From the sequence record ON528734: DNA of 64,000 bases; one strand, written 5' to 3'. The position numbers and the translations under genes are program-made. Source of the DNA: Shigella phage ESh24. Position 1 is the stretch's first letter. The number at the start of each line of letters is the position of its first letter. The notes beneath the pieces were generated by a model. That model worked only from the letters and a program-made list of their open reading frames with translations. It was not told where the DNA came from and searched no databases. This document shows positions 42,101-53,112 of this stretch, piece by piece.

Positions 42101-42192
42101 TTAGCACCAACGTCATCCCAGCGTACTTGCACCTGATTTGCGGATAACTTGGAAATTCTGAGACTAGTGACTGAAGGTGCTTTTACTGTCAT
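39094..42192 (-). CDS. 7: baseplate wedge initiator gp7
   Basis: 1032 aa; T4 gp7 length. Confidence 0.9.
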   Translation of the reverse strand: MTVKAPSVTSLRISKLSANQVQVRWDDVGANFYYFVEIAETKTDSGENLPSDQYRWINLGYTANNSFFFDDADPLTSYIIRVATAAQDFEQSDWVYTEEFETFATNAYTFQNMIEMQLANKFIQEKFTLNNSNYVNFNNDTIMAALMNESFQFSPSYVDVSSISNFIIGENEYHEIQGSIQQVCKDINRVYLMESEGILYLFERYQPVVKVSNDKGQTWKAVKLFNDRVGYPLSKTVYYQSANTTYVLGYDKIFYGRKSTDVRWSADDVRFSSQDITFAKLGDQLHLGFDVEIFATYATLPANVYRIAEAITCTDDYIYVVARDKVRYIKTSNAPIDSDPLSPTYSERLFEPDTMTITGNPKAVCYKMDSIGDKVFALIIGEVETLNANPRTSKIIDSADKGIYVLNHDTKTWKRVFGNTEEERRRIQPGYANMSTDGKLVSLSSSNFKFLSDNVVNDPETAAKYQLIGAVKYEFPREWLADKHYHMMAFIADEKSDWETFTPQPMKYYAEPFFNWSKKSNTRCWINNSDRAVVVYADLKYTKVIENIPETSPDRLVHEYWDDGDCTIVMPNVKFTGFKKYASGMLFYKSSGEIISYYDFNYRVRDTVEIIWKPTGIFLKAFLQNQERETPWSPEEEHGLADPDLRPLIGTMMPDSYLLQDSNFEAFCEAYIQYLSDGYGTQYNNLRNLIRNKYPREEHAWEYLWSEIYKRNIYLNADKRDAVARFFESRSYDFYSTKGIEASYKFLFKVLYNEEVEIEIESGAGTEYDIIVQSDSLTEDLVGQTIYTATGRCNVTYIERSYSNGKLQWTVTIHNLLGRLIAGQEVKAERLPSFEGEIIRGVKGKDLLQNNIDYINRSRSYYVMKIKSNLPSSRWKSDVIRFVHPVGFGFIAITLLTMFINVGLTLKHTETIINKYKNYKWDSGLPTEYADRVAKLTPTGEIEHDSVTGEAIYEPGPMAGVKYPLPDDYNAENNNSIFQGQLPSERRKLMSPLFDASGTTFAQFRDLVNKRLKDNIGNPRDPENPTQVKIDE

Positions 42193-44171
42193 TGTGATAT
42201 AGGCTCCAAATCGATAGTTAAGTATTGCGGACGTAAATCATTTTCAAATACAATCAGTGAACCATCACGGGTAAAGATAACATCATCGGTTGGGTCAGAA
42301 TATAATTCAATAGTCTGAACCTCAAATTTTTCAGATGTTAAATTAATTTTAGCGATATTCCAATAAATCATGTCAGCTGGATAATTTATTTCACCGATAA
42401 CATAGTATTTGTCGCGTCCATCAGAATTTGCTAATTTGTTAAAATCGTTGCCTGTATACGGCTGAATGTTTTCATTTTCTGTAACATCGCCAGAAGCAAA
42501 TGGACCAATAATAACTTTACCAATTCCTTTAGAATCTCGGTCTGTTGATACTATACGAACGTCATATAATACATCTTCTTCTAAACCAGTATCAGGATTT
42601 ACAACCTTTCGTCCAGAATTAAATGAAAACGTATTAGATTCCATAGAACGATCTTTTATTTGATTATTGTATTTAATACCTGCTTCAGGCGTTTTATAGA
42701 AGTTTTGTACTTCACGAACAATTTGAATAGTCGCTGATGAACCAATGATAGAATGATCTGCATCATCTACGTAAGTTAACATCTTAGACTTGGCAAAAGA
42801 TGAGTTAAAAATTTCTACATCTTCGATATAATAGCGATCAATTTTATCAATTATTTGACCTTCAAGCCACTGTTCGGATTCTTGCAGCTTATTTAAAGCA
42901 TATGTGACTTTTAAATTAGTCTTAATAAAAAGATAATTAGGAGAAATAATTGATGGCGTAATAGGAGCTAAATTATAGTCTTTGAGATAATTTTTAATAT
43001 CTTCACGTTGTACAGTAGTTAAATACAGACCTGATTTAGGTTTAGCAGCAATAAATGCATACCCAGGTTTAGTAGAATCAGTGAAAGTTTGAACTGCCTG
43101 AATAATAGAACCGAATCTCTCTGAAACGAATGTATCATAGTCAGTCGCAGTTACGCAGCGTTGCTGGGTTTCGCGTTTAATAGTACCCAATTCGCGAATA
43201 CGCTCAATATCTTCTGGATCGCCACCGCCATCTGCCCCAACAAAATCTGGGTCATCATTTGGATTTTCGTTAATATTGATGACAGTTATATTTGTTAATG
43301 TATCTGCGTATGAAAATCCGACTGCACCATTCGCATCTGCACCGTTAGTACTGATATACTCAATAACAATCGTAGAGTTCTGAGTAGGTTTAAGACCTCC
43401 AATATAATTAGCAGTCAATGCTCCTTCTGCCGCATTAACGGAAATCTCACCTTCACCAAAATAAAATTCAGTATTTCCATCAATAGTTTCACGCATGTAG
43501 TAAATTGTTGATGTAGAACCAGCATGAACCATTGACTTTCTTGTCCAGTTAATCCATTCTGCTCCATCAACGTATAGTTTAACTTGGTTTCTATCTATGT
43601 TTTTGTCATAAATGATAATAGGTGTTAATTTATCATAAATGATTTCAGTTCTTACTATACGTCCTTGAGCTAATTTTAATCGTGGAAAATATTGGTTATT
43701 TTTATCACGAATAGCAATAACATCTTCGGTAGATACAAAGTTATATGGATTAACAGAAGTATCTTTTGCATATGCTAAAAAGCGAGTACCGCGAGGAATA
43801 GTAATGTAATTCCTATTCAATGCGTCGGTGCATGTTAACATAATTTCAGTTTGAGCAGCTGATTTTGAAGTAGGTAAATATCCGTTATCTTGCGCAGCTT
43901 GAACAACTGAACTTCGTAAGTTAGCAGTACGCATAAAGCTTTCATACACAGCAGCATTACCAAACTGCTGAATGTACAGCGTATTATAAGCTAAAAGGTC
44001 GCACAGAACGTTTAATCTTGATCCTTCAAAATCATAATCCAAAAATTCATTTTGGCCATTAAGCCATTCAATGAGGTTTTGTTTTATTTCAGCAAATGTA
44101 CCCCCGACGAATATCTCGGGAATAGCATTTGCTGTTCTTGTTAATTGATAATTTACAGGGGTATTTGCCAT
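42189..44171 (-). CDS. 6: baseplate wedge protein gp6
   Basis: 660 aa; T4 gp6 length. Confidence 0.9.
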   Translation of the reverse strand: MANTPVNYQLTRTANAIPEIFVGGTFAEIKQNLIEWLNGQNEFLDYDFEGSRLNVLCDLLAYNTLYIQQFGNAAVYESFMRTANLRSSVVQAAQDNGYLPTSKSAAQTEIMLTCTDALNRNYITIPRGTRFLAYAKDTSVNPYNFVSTEDVIAIRDKNNQYFPRLKLAQGRIVRTEIIYDKLTPIIIYDKNIDRNQVKLYVDGAEWINWTRKSMVHAGSTSTIYYMRETIDGNTEFYFGEGEISVNAAEGALTANYIGGLKPTQNSTIVIEYISTNGADANGAVGFSYADTLTNITVININENPNDDPDFVGADGGGDPEDIERIRELGTIKRETQQRCVTATDYDTFVSERFGSIIQAVQTFTDSTKPGYAFIAAKPKSGLYLTTVQREDIKNYLKDYNLAPITPSIISPNYLFIKTNLKVTYALNKLQESEQWLEGQIIDKIDRYYIEDVEIFNSSFAKSKMLTYVDDADHSIIGSSATIQIVREVQNFYKTPEAGIKYNNQIKDRSMESNTFSFNSGRKVVNPDTGLEEDVLYDVRIVSTDRDSKGIGKVIIGPFASGDVTENENIQPYTGNDFNKLANSDGRDKYYVIGEINYPADMIYWNIAKINLTSEKFEVQTIELYSDPTDDVIFTRDGSLIVFENDLRPQYLTIDLEPISQ

Positions 44172-44179
44172 TTTAAATC

Positions 44180-44473
44180 CTATTTAATGAATACTTTAGA
44201 TGATGCCTGAGCCACAGTATCACCGCATGATATTGGATCAGCCATTTGAACAGCTTTCTTTCCTGTGACATATACCTTAGAAGTTCTAGGTTGTGTCACT
44301 CCGCCATGTGTTTCATATGGCTTTTTAATTTCTGTATGTTCTGTAATTGGATCGCCTGCTATTAGAACAGCAATTCCTCCAGTGAATACTTTACTTTGTG
44401 TGGCATTCACAGCTGTTGGAGGCCAAGCTTCATGGCCAGCAGTAACACACTTATCATAACTTAATCCTGACAT
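44180..44473 (-). CDS. 5.4: PAAR-repeat spike tip protein gp5.4
   Basis: 97 aa Gly/Val-rich PAAR-like protein immediately upstream of gene 6. Confidence 0.8.
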   Translation of the reverse strand: MSGLSYDKCVTAGHEAWPPTAVNATQSKVFTGGIAVLIAGDPITEHTEIKKPYETHGGVTQPRTSKVYVTGKKAVQMADPISCGDTVAQASSKVFIK

Positions 44474-45031
44474 TTATTGCCTCTCATACACGTAGCTTCT
44501 TAATTTATTAGCCCAACGACTCCAATTTCCAACTATAGTTTTTGTGTAATTTTTAACGAGAGTTTTTCTTATTGGAGCAGGAGGATCCGTTGGTTCAGTA
44601 GTATCAGAAGATGACCTAGAATTACTGCCAGAACCTCCAGATTCACTTTGTTCTTGGTAGTCATATATTAATGTTACTTCGTAAGTGAATGTCTTCTGGA
44701 GATTTTGAGGAGCTTTCCATAAATATAACTGAGTATTAGAATCAGTTGGAAGGTCTTCCCATGAAGCAGCAGTTTTAAATTCATCATCTAAACGATATTT
44801 CAATGCGTCATTTCCAAATCCAAATACAGATTCATACGTTCCATATAAACGATTTTCTTCTACTAAAACCCCAGGAGTTTCTTCGTAACTAGTTATATTT
44901 ATAGATACTAACGTTTCACCTGTTTCTAATTGAGCGGTAAAGGTGACGTCGATAGAAGAACCTTCCATGGATTCTCCTAAATCAGCGCTCATTGGAAGTA
45001 TATTAGCCAATGTCAATCCTCGATCCATCAA
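44474..45031 (-). CDS. conserved hypothetical protein between gene 5 and 5.4 (5.1-like)
   Basis: 185 aa ORF; start overlaps the 3' end of gene 5. Confidence 0.6.
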   Translation of the reverse strand: MMDRGLTLANILPMSADLGESMEGSSIDVTFTAQLETGETLVSINITSYEETPGVLVEENRLYGTYESVFGFGNDALKYRLDDEFKTAASWEDLPTDSNTQLYLWKAPQNLQKTFTYEVTLIYDYQEQSESGGSGSNSRSSSDTTEPTDPPAPIRKTLVKNYTKTIVGNWSRWANKLRSYVYERQ

Positions 45032-46730
45032 TTGTGTATTGACCAGATGAAATAGAACTCATAGATGCCATTTTTTCTGTCCAATCACCACCAACGTCCC
45101 AATCAACTGTCCCAGCAACTTTCCAAGAAAGATTTCCATTTACTGTATTAGTTTGATTTCCTTCAACTAAAGTAGTAGCATCTCCTTTAACTGTAATGTC
45201 AGCATTACCTTCAACTACAATAGTAACATTACCTTTAACTAGAATAGTTCCATTACCTTCAACCGTCTTAGTTTCATCGCCACGGACAAATATTGTGTTG
45301 CTTCCATCTATTTGGTGAAGACGATTATCCATATTGTAATAAATTTCTGATCCACCGACGTTAGTCTTTTTATCACCGGCTACCAAAAAATTACCATCAG
45401 CGTTGGTTATATCATACAAATTATCAACAGTTTTTCTTGTTCTTCTTCCTGACGGTGATACTTCTTCATAAGTTCCAGTTGGATGAACTAATCTATATCG
45501 TTCTTGCCCAGGGGTATCATCAAATTCCTGAATATGACCGCTTTCAGTTTCCATTGTGTGCACATAAGGATATTCGCCTTTATATGAAGAAACAGGTTCT
45601 TTGAATAAAATTCTCGAATCATTCGGAATAGGAGGATCGGCCGGGTCAGAAGACTTTACTACAGTAGCAGCCATTGCTGACAAAGACCTAGCTGGCGTTT
45701 TAACTTCAATACCGTATGATTCCAAATTCCCTGTAAGAATAATCATGGTAACACGGGATGCACGGCCTTTTGTTTGTTGATACCACAATGAATCACGACC
45801 GGCTTTATATGCTTTTTCCCAATCTCCGGCTAACATAGCAGTTAACATTGTGTTAAATTTAGCTACGCCACCAACGCCCATTTGGAATGCCATATTTTCT
45901 AACGCCATTTGACGAGAACGATTAACTGCTTGCCAAACTGGGCCAACTTTAGAATGTGATTTAATGTCACGTTGCATATCAGCCAAATCGCGTTCAAATA
46001 AAGTTACCGCTTCTTCCATTGTAATAGAACCTGGATTTCCGGTAATTTCACGACCAATTTGTTTTGATAAAACTTTATTAATTTGGGTCATATCACGAAC
46101 TGGCTGCTTCATGATAAGATGACCAATACCAATTGTCGGATATCCTTCGGTATCCCAATAAACTTTTAGTCTTAATCCTTCATCACGGCGAAGCATTTCA
46201 GCCATTGACATATTTGGATTATCATCAGTTGGAATCTCTGATAGCGGTCTATCATCAGGATTTATCGCAGTGTCTAGATTGCTATCTTGGATAATATTAG
46301 AAGACGAATCATATCCTACTTCTCCGCCTTGGTTTAATACGTTAGTATCATTTCCTAGACGTCTAGGATACTGTCCAGTTGGGTCAGAAAATCCTTCAAG
46401 TCTATTAGGTTTTTCGCGAACTATTCCGCCATAAGTGCCAAGGACAATTCCGTTAGTTTTCCATTTGTCTAAAAAATGACCATATACTCTAGTTCCTTCT
46501 ACTGGCCCTGTAACAGAACCTCCAATTCCAGACATTGCTGCAGAAGTTATCGGTTGAATAACTGACATCCATGGCAATTTATCGGTTGGAATACCCATTA
46601 CATCGCCTTGTGCTCTTTGGGGTGGATGCAGACCAACCACACGAACACGAACACGACCTAATTTTAATGGGTCCATTCTATCTTCAACAACACCAACAAA
46701 CCAATTAAGGTTATTACTTATCATTTCCAT
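45003..46730 (-). CDS. 5: baseplate central spike with lysozyme domain gp5
   Basis: 575 aa; central T4-lysozyme-like segment (LRLKVYWDTEGYPTIGIGHL) and C-terminal VxGxxxxx beta-helix repeats. Confidence 0.95.
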   Translation of the reverse strand: MEMISNNLNWFVGVVEDRMDPLKLGRVRVRVVGLHPPQRAQGDVMGIPTDKLPWMSVIQPITSAAMSGIGGSVTGPVEGTRVYGHFLDKWKTNGIVLGTYGGIVREKPNRLEGFSDPTGQYPRRLGNDTNVLNQGGEVGYDSSSNIIQDSNLDTAINPDDRPLSEIPTDDNPNMSMAEMLRRDEGLRLKVYWDTEGYPTIGIGHLIMKQPVRDMTQINKVLSKQIGREITGNPGSITMEEAVTLFERDLADMQRDIKSHSKVGPVWQAVNRSRQMALENMAFQMGVGGVAKFNTMLTAMLAGDWEKAYKAGRDSLWYQQTKGRASRVTMIILTGNLESYGIEVKTPARSLSAMAATVVKSSDPADPPIPNDSRILFKEPVSSYKGEYPYVHTMETESGHIQEFDDTPGQERYRLVHPTGTYEEVSPSGRRTRKTVDNLYDITNADGNFLVAGDKKTNVGGSEIYYNMDNRLHQIDGSNTIFVRGDETKTVEGNGTILVKGNVTIVVEGNADITVKGDATTLVEGNQTNTVNGNLSWKVAGTVDWDVGGDWTEKMASMSSISSGQYTIDGSRIDIG

Positions 46731-47304
46731 AAGATTTCTCCATTATACGTATAAGGTCGTTCATAAATGAATTGATGTCTGATTTTGCTATTATTTTTAT
46801 TTGACGAAGTTTTTCATTTTCAAGAACAGCAGCTTCATACGTATCGACCGCAGCAAGTGCTCCTTCGTATTGAGGATATTTTCTAGCTTTATCGCCTTTA
46901 TCATACCAAACATATGGATTATCATCGTATGATATTAAATTATAAAATTTTTCACCGTTCTCATTCACGTGATATACTATTTGGTCTCCACCTACATTTT
47001 TGTATTTTTGTATAGATGCTTGATAAGCAGCTTCTTGCGAAGTAATCCATCCATAATACGGGTCATAATTATCATTACACATCAATAAAACCCAATACAA
47101 CTGTGGATTTCCATATATAGCATTTGCTAATTCTTCCGGGCGTGGTGAACCTTTAATATAATAAGTACGTAAGCGGTATCCCGCAAGAGCGCGTTTAAAA
47201 TAGTCTTTATAGTTTCTAAAAATATCTGTCATAGGAATAGTCGGCGCGTTTTTATTCACCGTTTTGGCCGCATATTCAATCGGATCAAAAAATGTAAAGA
47301 GCAT
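46714..47304 (-). CDS. 53: baseplate wedge protein gp53
   Basis: 196 aa; T4 gp53 length and position. Confidence 0.85.
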   Translation of the reverse strand: MLFTFFDPIEYAAKTVNKNAPTIPMTDIFRNYKDYFKRALAGYRLRTYYIKGSPRPEELANAIYGNPQLYWVLLMCNDNYDPYYGWITSQEAAYQASIQKYKNVGGDQIVYHVNENGEKFYNLISYDDNPYVWYDKGDKARKYPQYEGALAAVDTYEAAVLENEKLRQIKIIAKSDINSFMNDLIRIMEKSYGNDK

Positions 47305-47317
47305 GGGCCCTCCTGTT

Positions 47318-47340
47318 TATAAATATATTATCTATTTATA
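47318..47340. promoter_or_regulatory. divergent late promoters (TATAAATA plus strand for gene 4; TATAAATA minus strand for gene 53)
   Basis: TATAAATA at 47318-47325 and TATTTATA at 47333-47340. Confidence 0.55.
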
Positions 47341-47351
47341 AGGAGAATCCA

Positions 47352-47804
47352 ATGGCATATTCTGGAAAATGGGTTCCTAAAAATATATCAAAGTATAGAG
47401 GTGACCCTAAAAAAATTACGTATAGATCAAATTGGGAAAAATTCTTTTTTGAATGGTTAGATAAAAATCCAGAAATTATTGCATGGGGTAGTGAAACAGC
47501 AGTAATTCCTTATTTTTGTAATGCAGAAGGGAAAAAACGTAGATACTTCATGGATATTTGGATGAAAGATTCTTCTAGACAAGAATTTTTTATTGAAATA
47601 AAACCTAAAAAAGAAACACAACCGCCAGTTAAACCAGCACATCTAACAACTGCAGCGAAGAAAAGATTTATGAATGAAATTTATACATATTCCGTTAATA
47701 CCGACAAATGGAAAGCAGCGCAAGCTTTAGCTGAAAAGCGTGGAATAAAATTTAGAATTCTAACAGAAGATGGATTACGAGCTCTTGGCTTTAAGGGGGC
47801 ATAA
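47352..47804 (+). CDS. 4: head completion protein gp4
   Basis: 150 aa; T4 gp4 length and position. Confidence 0.85.
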   Translation: MAYSGKWVPKNISKYRGDPKKITYRSNWEKFFFEWLDKNPEIIAWGSETAVIPYFCNAEGKKRRYFMDIWMKDSSRQEFFIEIKPKKETQPPVKPAHLTTAAKKRFMNEIYTYSVNTDKWKAAQALAEKRGIKFRILTEDGLRALGFKGA

Positions 47805-48628
47805 TGGCTATTTTTCAAATAATTAATGAAAGCACTCCCCAAGTTCCAAAGGTTAAGCAATCATTAAACGAAAAGAAATGGATTCAGATAGGTCTTGAAT
47901 ATAAAAAGGCCAAAGCAAAAGGAATGACAGGAAAGCAATTTGCTGAAGAAAGAGGAATCAAATACTCTACGTTTACTTCGGCAATGTCAAAATATGCTTC
48001 GGGAATTAAAACGGCTGAAAAGATTCAAAAGCTTGAATCAAAACCAATGAATAAGCTCAATAAGCAAGAAAGACAACTGCTTATGATAAATTCATTCAGG
48101 CAAACATTGCGTGATAAAATTCGTAATGAAGGTGCAGCAATTAATAATAAAACCAGAAAGTGGTTTGCTGAAACTATTAAGCAAGTAAAAGGACATAAAG
48201 TTGTTCGCCCGCAGCCGGGACGAATATATGCTTTTGCTTATGATGCTAAACACAAGGAAACTCTTCCTTACTGGGATAAATTTCCTTTGATAATTTACCT
48301 TGGTTTAGGTAAGCATAACTTAATGTACGGATTGAACTTGCACTATATTCCACCTAAAGCTCGTCAGCAATTTCTAGAAGAGCTTTTAAAGCAATATTCA
48401 AATACACCTACTATTACTAATAAAACGAAATTAAAAATTGATTGGAGTCAAGTGAAAGGATTTAGGGGTGCAGATCAAATGATTAAGGCATATATACCCG
48501 GTAATATTATGGGTAGCCTTGTTGAAATCGCCCCGAAAGACTGGGCGAACGTTGTGTTGATGCCACTTCAGCAGTTCGTTTCAAAAGGAAAACGTTTCTC
48601 TGCAAACAAAGTCTGGTCAAATATCTAA
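47804..48628 (+). CDS. 2: DNA end protector protein gp2
   Basis: 274 aa; T4 gp2 length. Confidence 0.85.
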   Translation: MAIFQIINESTPQVPKVKQSLNEKKWIQIGLEYKKAKAKGMTGKQFAEERGIKYSTFTSAMSKYASGIKTAEKIQKLESKPMNKLNKQERQLLMINSFRQTLRDKIRNEGAAINNKTRKWFAETIKQVKGHKVVRPQPGRIYAFAYDAKHKETLPYWDKFPLIIYLGLGKHNLMYGLNLHYIPPKARQQFLEELLKQYSNTPTITNKTKLKIDWSQVKGFRGADQMIKAYIPGNIMGSLVEIAPKDWANVVLMPLQQFVSKGKRFSANKVWSNI

Positions 48629-48734
48629 TTCTATTATCTTCCATTCTTTTCTATTGTTTGTTCTAATTGGAATTGAATGGAAGGGACTTAGACCCATTAT
48701 ACCACTAACAGTTATAAAGCATTATGAGGAATAT

Positions 48735-49265
48735 ATGTCGCAAGCTCTGCAACAAATTTTTAACCAAGCAAATACAACTAACTTTGTAGTATCAATACCA
48801 CATAGTAATACTACATCTGCTTTTACTTTAAATGCTCAGTCAGTTCCTATTCCAGGAATTAGAATACCTGTTACTGATACCGTGACTGGGCCGTTTGGAC
48901 TAGGTCGAGCACAACGACCGGGTGCTACATTTGAGTATGATCCACTCATCGTGAGATTTATAGTTGATGAAGAACTTAAGTCATGGATAGGAATGTATGA
49001 ATGGATGCTAGGAACTAGCAACTATCTTACAGGTGAAAATACTGCCCAAAAAACAGGTCCTGAGTACATTACGCTTTACATCTTAGATAATAGCAAAACT
49101 GAAATCGTGATGTCAATAAATTTTTATAAGCCTTGGGTTTCTGACCTATCTGAAGTAGAATTTAGCTATACGGAAGATTCAGACCCGGCTTTAGTATGTA
49201 CTGCAACGATTCCTTACACCTATTTTCAAGTAGAAAAAGATGGAAAAATTATAGCAGAAGTTTAA
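48735..49265 (+). CDS. 3: tail completion / sheath stabiliser gp3
   Basis: Start set at MSQALQQ (GAGGA RBS), giving 176 aa. Confidence 0.8.
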   Translation: MSQALQQIFNQANTTNFVVSIPHSNTTSAFTLNAQSVPIPGIRIPVTDTVTGPFGLGRAQRPGATFEYDPLIVRFIVDEELKSWIGMYEWMLGTSNYLTGENTAQKTGPEYITLYILDNSKTEIVMSINFYKPWVSDLSEVEFSYTEDSDPALVCTATIPYTYFQVEKDGKIIAEV

Positions 49266-49289
49266 TGCTTCAGTTTTGTGTGTTATAAT
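49266..49289 (+). promoter_or_regulatory. middle-type promoter (TGCTTCA MotA box plus TATAAT)
   Basis: TGCTTCA at 49266-49272, 11 bp spacer, TATAAT at 49284-49289, upstream of gene 1. Confidence 0.45.
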
Positions 49290-49314
49290 CTTAATTAAAT
49301 TTGAGGAGAAACAC

Positions 49315-50039
49315 ATGAAACTAATCTTTTTAAGCGGTGTAAAGCGTAGTGGAAAAGATACTACTGCTGATTTTATCATGAGCAATTATTCTGCAGTTAA
49401 ATACCAACTTGCTGGTCCTATTAAGGATGCATTGGCTTATGCATGGGGAGTATTTGCAGCAAACACTGACTATCCTTGCTTAACTCGTAAAGAGTTTGAA
49501 GGAATTGACTATGATCGTGAGACTAATTTAAATCTGACTAAATTAGAAGTAATCACGATTATGGAACAAGCATTTTGCTATCTTAATGGTAAAAGTCCGA
49601 TTAAAGGCGTGTTTGTTTTTGATGACGAAGGACAAGAATCAGTTAATTCCGTAGCATTTAACAAAATTATTGACGTTATAAATAATATTGAAGATCAATG
49701 GTCAGTCCGTCGTCTGATGCAAGCCCTAGGTACGGATTTGATTGTTAATAACTTCGACCGCATGTACTGGGTAAAATTATTTGCTTTAGATTATCTTGAT
49801 AAATTTAACTCAGGTTATGATTATTATATCGTTCCTGATACTCGTCAAGATCATGAAATGGATGCGGCTAGGGCGATGGGTGCTACAGTAATTCATGTAG
49901 TTCGTCCTGGTCAAAAATCCAATGATACACATATTACAGAAGCTGGATTGCCAATTCGTGATGGCGATTTAGTAATTACAAACGATGGTTCTCTTGAAGA
50001 ACTTTTTTCTAAAATTAAAAATACACTAAAGGTACTATA

Positions 50040-50040
<1 letters not shown>
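49315..50040 (+). CDS. 1: deoxynucleoside monophosphate kinase gp1
   Basis: Start set at MKLIFLSGVKRSGKDT (P-loop; GAGGAG RBS), giving 241 aa. Confidence 0.9.
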
Positions 50041-50737
<697 letters not shown>

Positions 50738-50749
50738 TTTCACAAAGTT

Positions 50750-50779
50750 GTTTACATACTGATGAGGTAGTGATACTAT
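50750..50779 (+). promoter_or_regulatory. early-type promoter (GTTTAC, 18 bp spacer, TACTAT) inside a 9 bp inverted repeat
   Basis: GTTTAC at 50750-50755, TACTAT at 50774-50779; GATGAGGTA/TACCTCATC flank the -10. Confidence 0.45.
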
Positions 50780-50809
50780 TACCTCATCAAAATTAATTAG
50801 GAAAATAAA

Positions 50810-51067
50810 ATGAAAACTTTCAAAGAGTTTGCTATAAAAACTACTATTACTGAATCTTCCCACGGTATGGAAGTAAAACTTGGAATGGCTTTAGCTGAAG
50901 CTGAGCGTCTTTTCTCTCGTATTAAAGAACTTGCTGCTGCAGTCGATCCTTCGTCTTTTAAAGGAGACCAAACGAAAGTTAAAGCACTTTTAGCATTATG
51001 CTCCGATGCGGGAGAAATCGCTAAAAATGGTTCTAAGATGAAGAAACGATTAGAAGATTTAAAATAA
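50810..51067 (+). CDS. internal-protein-like small protein with divergent capsid-targeting leader (ipI position)
   Basis: 85 aa; N-terminus MKTFKEFAIKTTITE resembles the IP capsid-targeting sequence; located after 57B where T4 has ipI. Confidence 0.6.
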   Translation: MKTFKEFAIKTTITESSHGMEVKLGMALAEAERLFSRIKELAAAVDPSSFKGDQTKVKALLALCSDAGEIAKNGSKMKKRLEDLK

Positions 51068-51079
51068 TTTCACAAAGTT

Positions 51080-51109
51080 ATTTACATAGGGTTTTAGTTG
51101 TGATACTAT
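51080..51109 (+). promoter_or_regulatory. early-type promoter, second copy of the 50729-50808 element
   Basis: ATTTAC at 51080-51085, TACTAT at 51104-51109; flanks are near-identical to the first copy. Confidence 0.4.
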
Positions 51110-51138
51110 TACCCTATCAACTACTGAGGAGAATAAAA

Positions 51139-51324
51139 ATGAAACGTTGTGAATTAATTCGAAATGTTGCTATTGCAATTTCTGCTTCCGCTTTTAGTTT
51201 TTCAATGTTTGTTGGATTTATATGCGGATTATTGACTACAGCAGAAAATGTTTTTTCACTTGTAGTAGCATTTTTAATTGGTTTAATCGCTATTGTTATG
51301 GATAAAATTTCTAAAGGTGAATAA
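51139..51324 (+). CDS. small hydrophobic (membrane) protein
   Basis: Start set at MKRCELIRN (GAGGAG RBS); two hydrophobic helices. Confidence 0.55.
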   Translation: MKRCELIRNVAIAISASAFSFSMFVGFICGLLTTAENVFSLVVAFLIGLIAIVMDKISKGE

Positions 51325-51729
51325 ATGAATATTAACGAATATTATGTTTATGCTGGAGATTATGCAAATCCTTCTCATTTTGAAGGTAATTTAATACCTG
51401 ATAGAGTTTTTAATACTCCTTTTGAAGCGTGGAGTTGGGTTGAAAGTAAAAATGGATTTTCTTATCGTTATGTTGAAGTAACTGATTGGAAAGGAACTAA
51501 ATATCCTAAAGAGCATTATTATGTAGACCCATCTAAAGTAAATTTTCTTTTGTTCGCAGGCGATAATTACTATCCTTGCGGTGGATATGATGATTTGATT
51601 GCGTATGCTGAAACAGAAGATGAATTACGCCAAATTATTGAAGACAATAAATCAAAACGATTTGGCGATAGTTTTGACTGGTGGCAAATCGTAAATGCCC
51701 ATACACATACTATTGTTGATAAAGGTTAA
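51325..51729 (+). CDS. hypothetical protein (134 aa)
   Basis: ORF directly abutting the upstream ORF. Confidence 0.6.
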   Translation: MNINEYYVYAGDYANPSHFEGNLIPDRVFNTPFEAWSWVESKNGFSYRYVEVTDWKGTKYPKEHYYVDPSKVNFLLFAGDNYYPCGGYDDLIAYAETEDELRQIIEDNKSKRFGDSFDWWQIVNAHTHTIVDKG

Positions 51730-51731
51730 TA

Positions 51732-52019
51732 ATGATTCTTTATGCGAAAGTATCATCCATTGAAAATGGATATAAATATGATCAAGAAGCAGCTAAAGCC
51801 TTGATTGATGATTATGGCATTTTAACATGTTTTGAAGTTGAAAAGGTTTACATTGATCGTTCATCTTCGCAAGTTAAATTAGTAAATGAAGACCGTAAAT
51901 TTAATACAGTAAATTTTGATTTCTTTATTGAAACAGAAAAAGGTCCTCTTGAATATGATATTTTCAAGAATCCTTTGGGTCTTGAATGCATCGTAAGTAT
52001 GTATCATCATAAATGGTAA
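51732..52019 (+). CDS. hypothetical protein (95 aa)
   Basis: ORF 2 nt after the previous stop. Confidence 0.6.
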   Translation: MILYAKVSSIENGYKYDQEAAKALIDDYGILTCFEVEKVYIDRSSSQVKLVNEDRKFNTVNFDFFIETEKGPLEYDIFKNPLGLECIVSMYHHKW

Positions 52020-52116
52020 ATATGCTTTAAGAATTATTTGTTATTATTAACTCATACCGCACTGATTAATACCCTCTATCATCAAGGGTTCTTGTTTGAG
52101 AGCCTTTGTTAATAAT

Positions 52117-52189
52117 TGGGAATTAGCCAAGTTGGTAAGGCATAGCACTTTGACTGCTAGATGCAAAGGTTCGAGTCCTTTATTCCCAG
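52117..52189 (+). tRNA. tRNA-Gln (anticodon UUG)
   Basis: Acceptor TGGGAAT/ATTCCCA, anticodon loop CTTTGAC, T-arm GGTTCGAGTCC. Confidence 0.8.
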
Positions 52190-52190
52190 C

Positions 52191-52277
52191 GCGAGAATGG
52201 TCAAATTGGTAAAGGCACAGCACTTAAAATGCTGCGGAATGATTTCCTTGTGGGTTCGAGTCCCACTTCTCGCACCA
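52191..52277 (+). tRNA. tRNA-Leu (anticodon UAA), type II long variable arm
   Basis: Acceptor GCGAGAA/TTCTCGC, loop CTTAAAA, encoded CCA. Confidence 0.8.
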
Positions 52278-52282
52278 AATTT

Positions 52283-52356
<74 letters not shown>

Positions 52357-52402
52357 ATTTATGACTCGTCGTGAGACGCTCAGTTCTTTATTAGGGACTG
52401 AT

Positions 52403-53011
52403 ATGCATTTTTATCTTTATAAAATAACAAATAAAATTAATAATAAAATTTATATTGGTGTGCATTCTACCGAAAATTTAGATGATGGATATATGGGTTC
52501 TGGTAAATTATTAAAAAGAGCCCAAGATAAATATGGTATAGAAAATTTTTCTAAAGAAATATTAGAGTATTTTGACGATAAAGAATCTATGCTTGAAGCC
52601 GAGAAAAATATTGTCACAGAAGAGTTTTTAAATAGACCAGATGTGTATAATTTAAAACTTGGAGGTGAAGGTGGATGGGATCATATAAATAATTATCCTA
52701 TGACAGATCAGCAACGCGAATTAATTTCATTGGGTGTTAAAAAGGCACATTCTAATGGAAAATTAAAAGGATGGTCTTCAAATGGATTAATGAAGAATGG
52801 CTTTGCTGGTAAAACTCATTCTCAAGAAGCTAAACGTAAAATAGCAAAAGCAAACGAAGCAAAAGTTTCTGTGGATGAAAGAAAAAGAAGAATAGAAATT
52901 TCTAAATTATATGATTTTTCTAAACGTGGCGAATTGTCTAAATATGCTAAGCATATTGGCGTAAGTCATACTCAAGCAAAAAGAATTCTAAATCAAATTA
53001 ACAATATATAA
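52403..53011 (+). CDS. segB: GIY-YIG homing endonuclease (SegB-like) inside the tRNA cluster
   Basis: Start set at MHFYLYKITNKINNKIYIGV (GIY-YIG core; track start 52361 abuts tRNA-Gly with no RBS); basic C-terminal DNA-binding region. Confidence 0.8.
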   Translation: MHFYLYKITNKINNKIYIGVHSTENLDDGYMGSGKLLKRAQDKYGIENFSKEILEYFDDKESMLEAEKNIVTEEFLNRPDVYNLKLGGEGGWDHINNYPMTDQQRELISLGVKKAHSNGKLKGWSSNGLMKNGFAGKTHSQEAKRKIAKANEAKVSVDERKRRIEISKLYDFSKRGELSKYAKHIGVSHTQAKRILNQINNI

Positions 53012-53017
53012 ATATTT

Positions 53018-53107
53018 GGAGGCGTGGCAGAGTGGTTTAATGCACCGGTCTTGAAAATCGGCAGTCGCTCCGGCGACTCATAGGTTCAAATCCTATCGCC
53101 TCCGCCA
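53018..53107 (+). tRNA. tRNA-Ser (anticodon UGA), type II
   Basis: Acceptor GGAGGCG/CGCCTCC, loop CTTGAAA, long variable arm, CCA. Confidence 0.8.
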
Positions 53108-53112
53108 GTTTT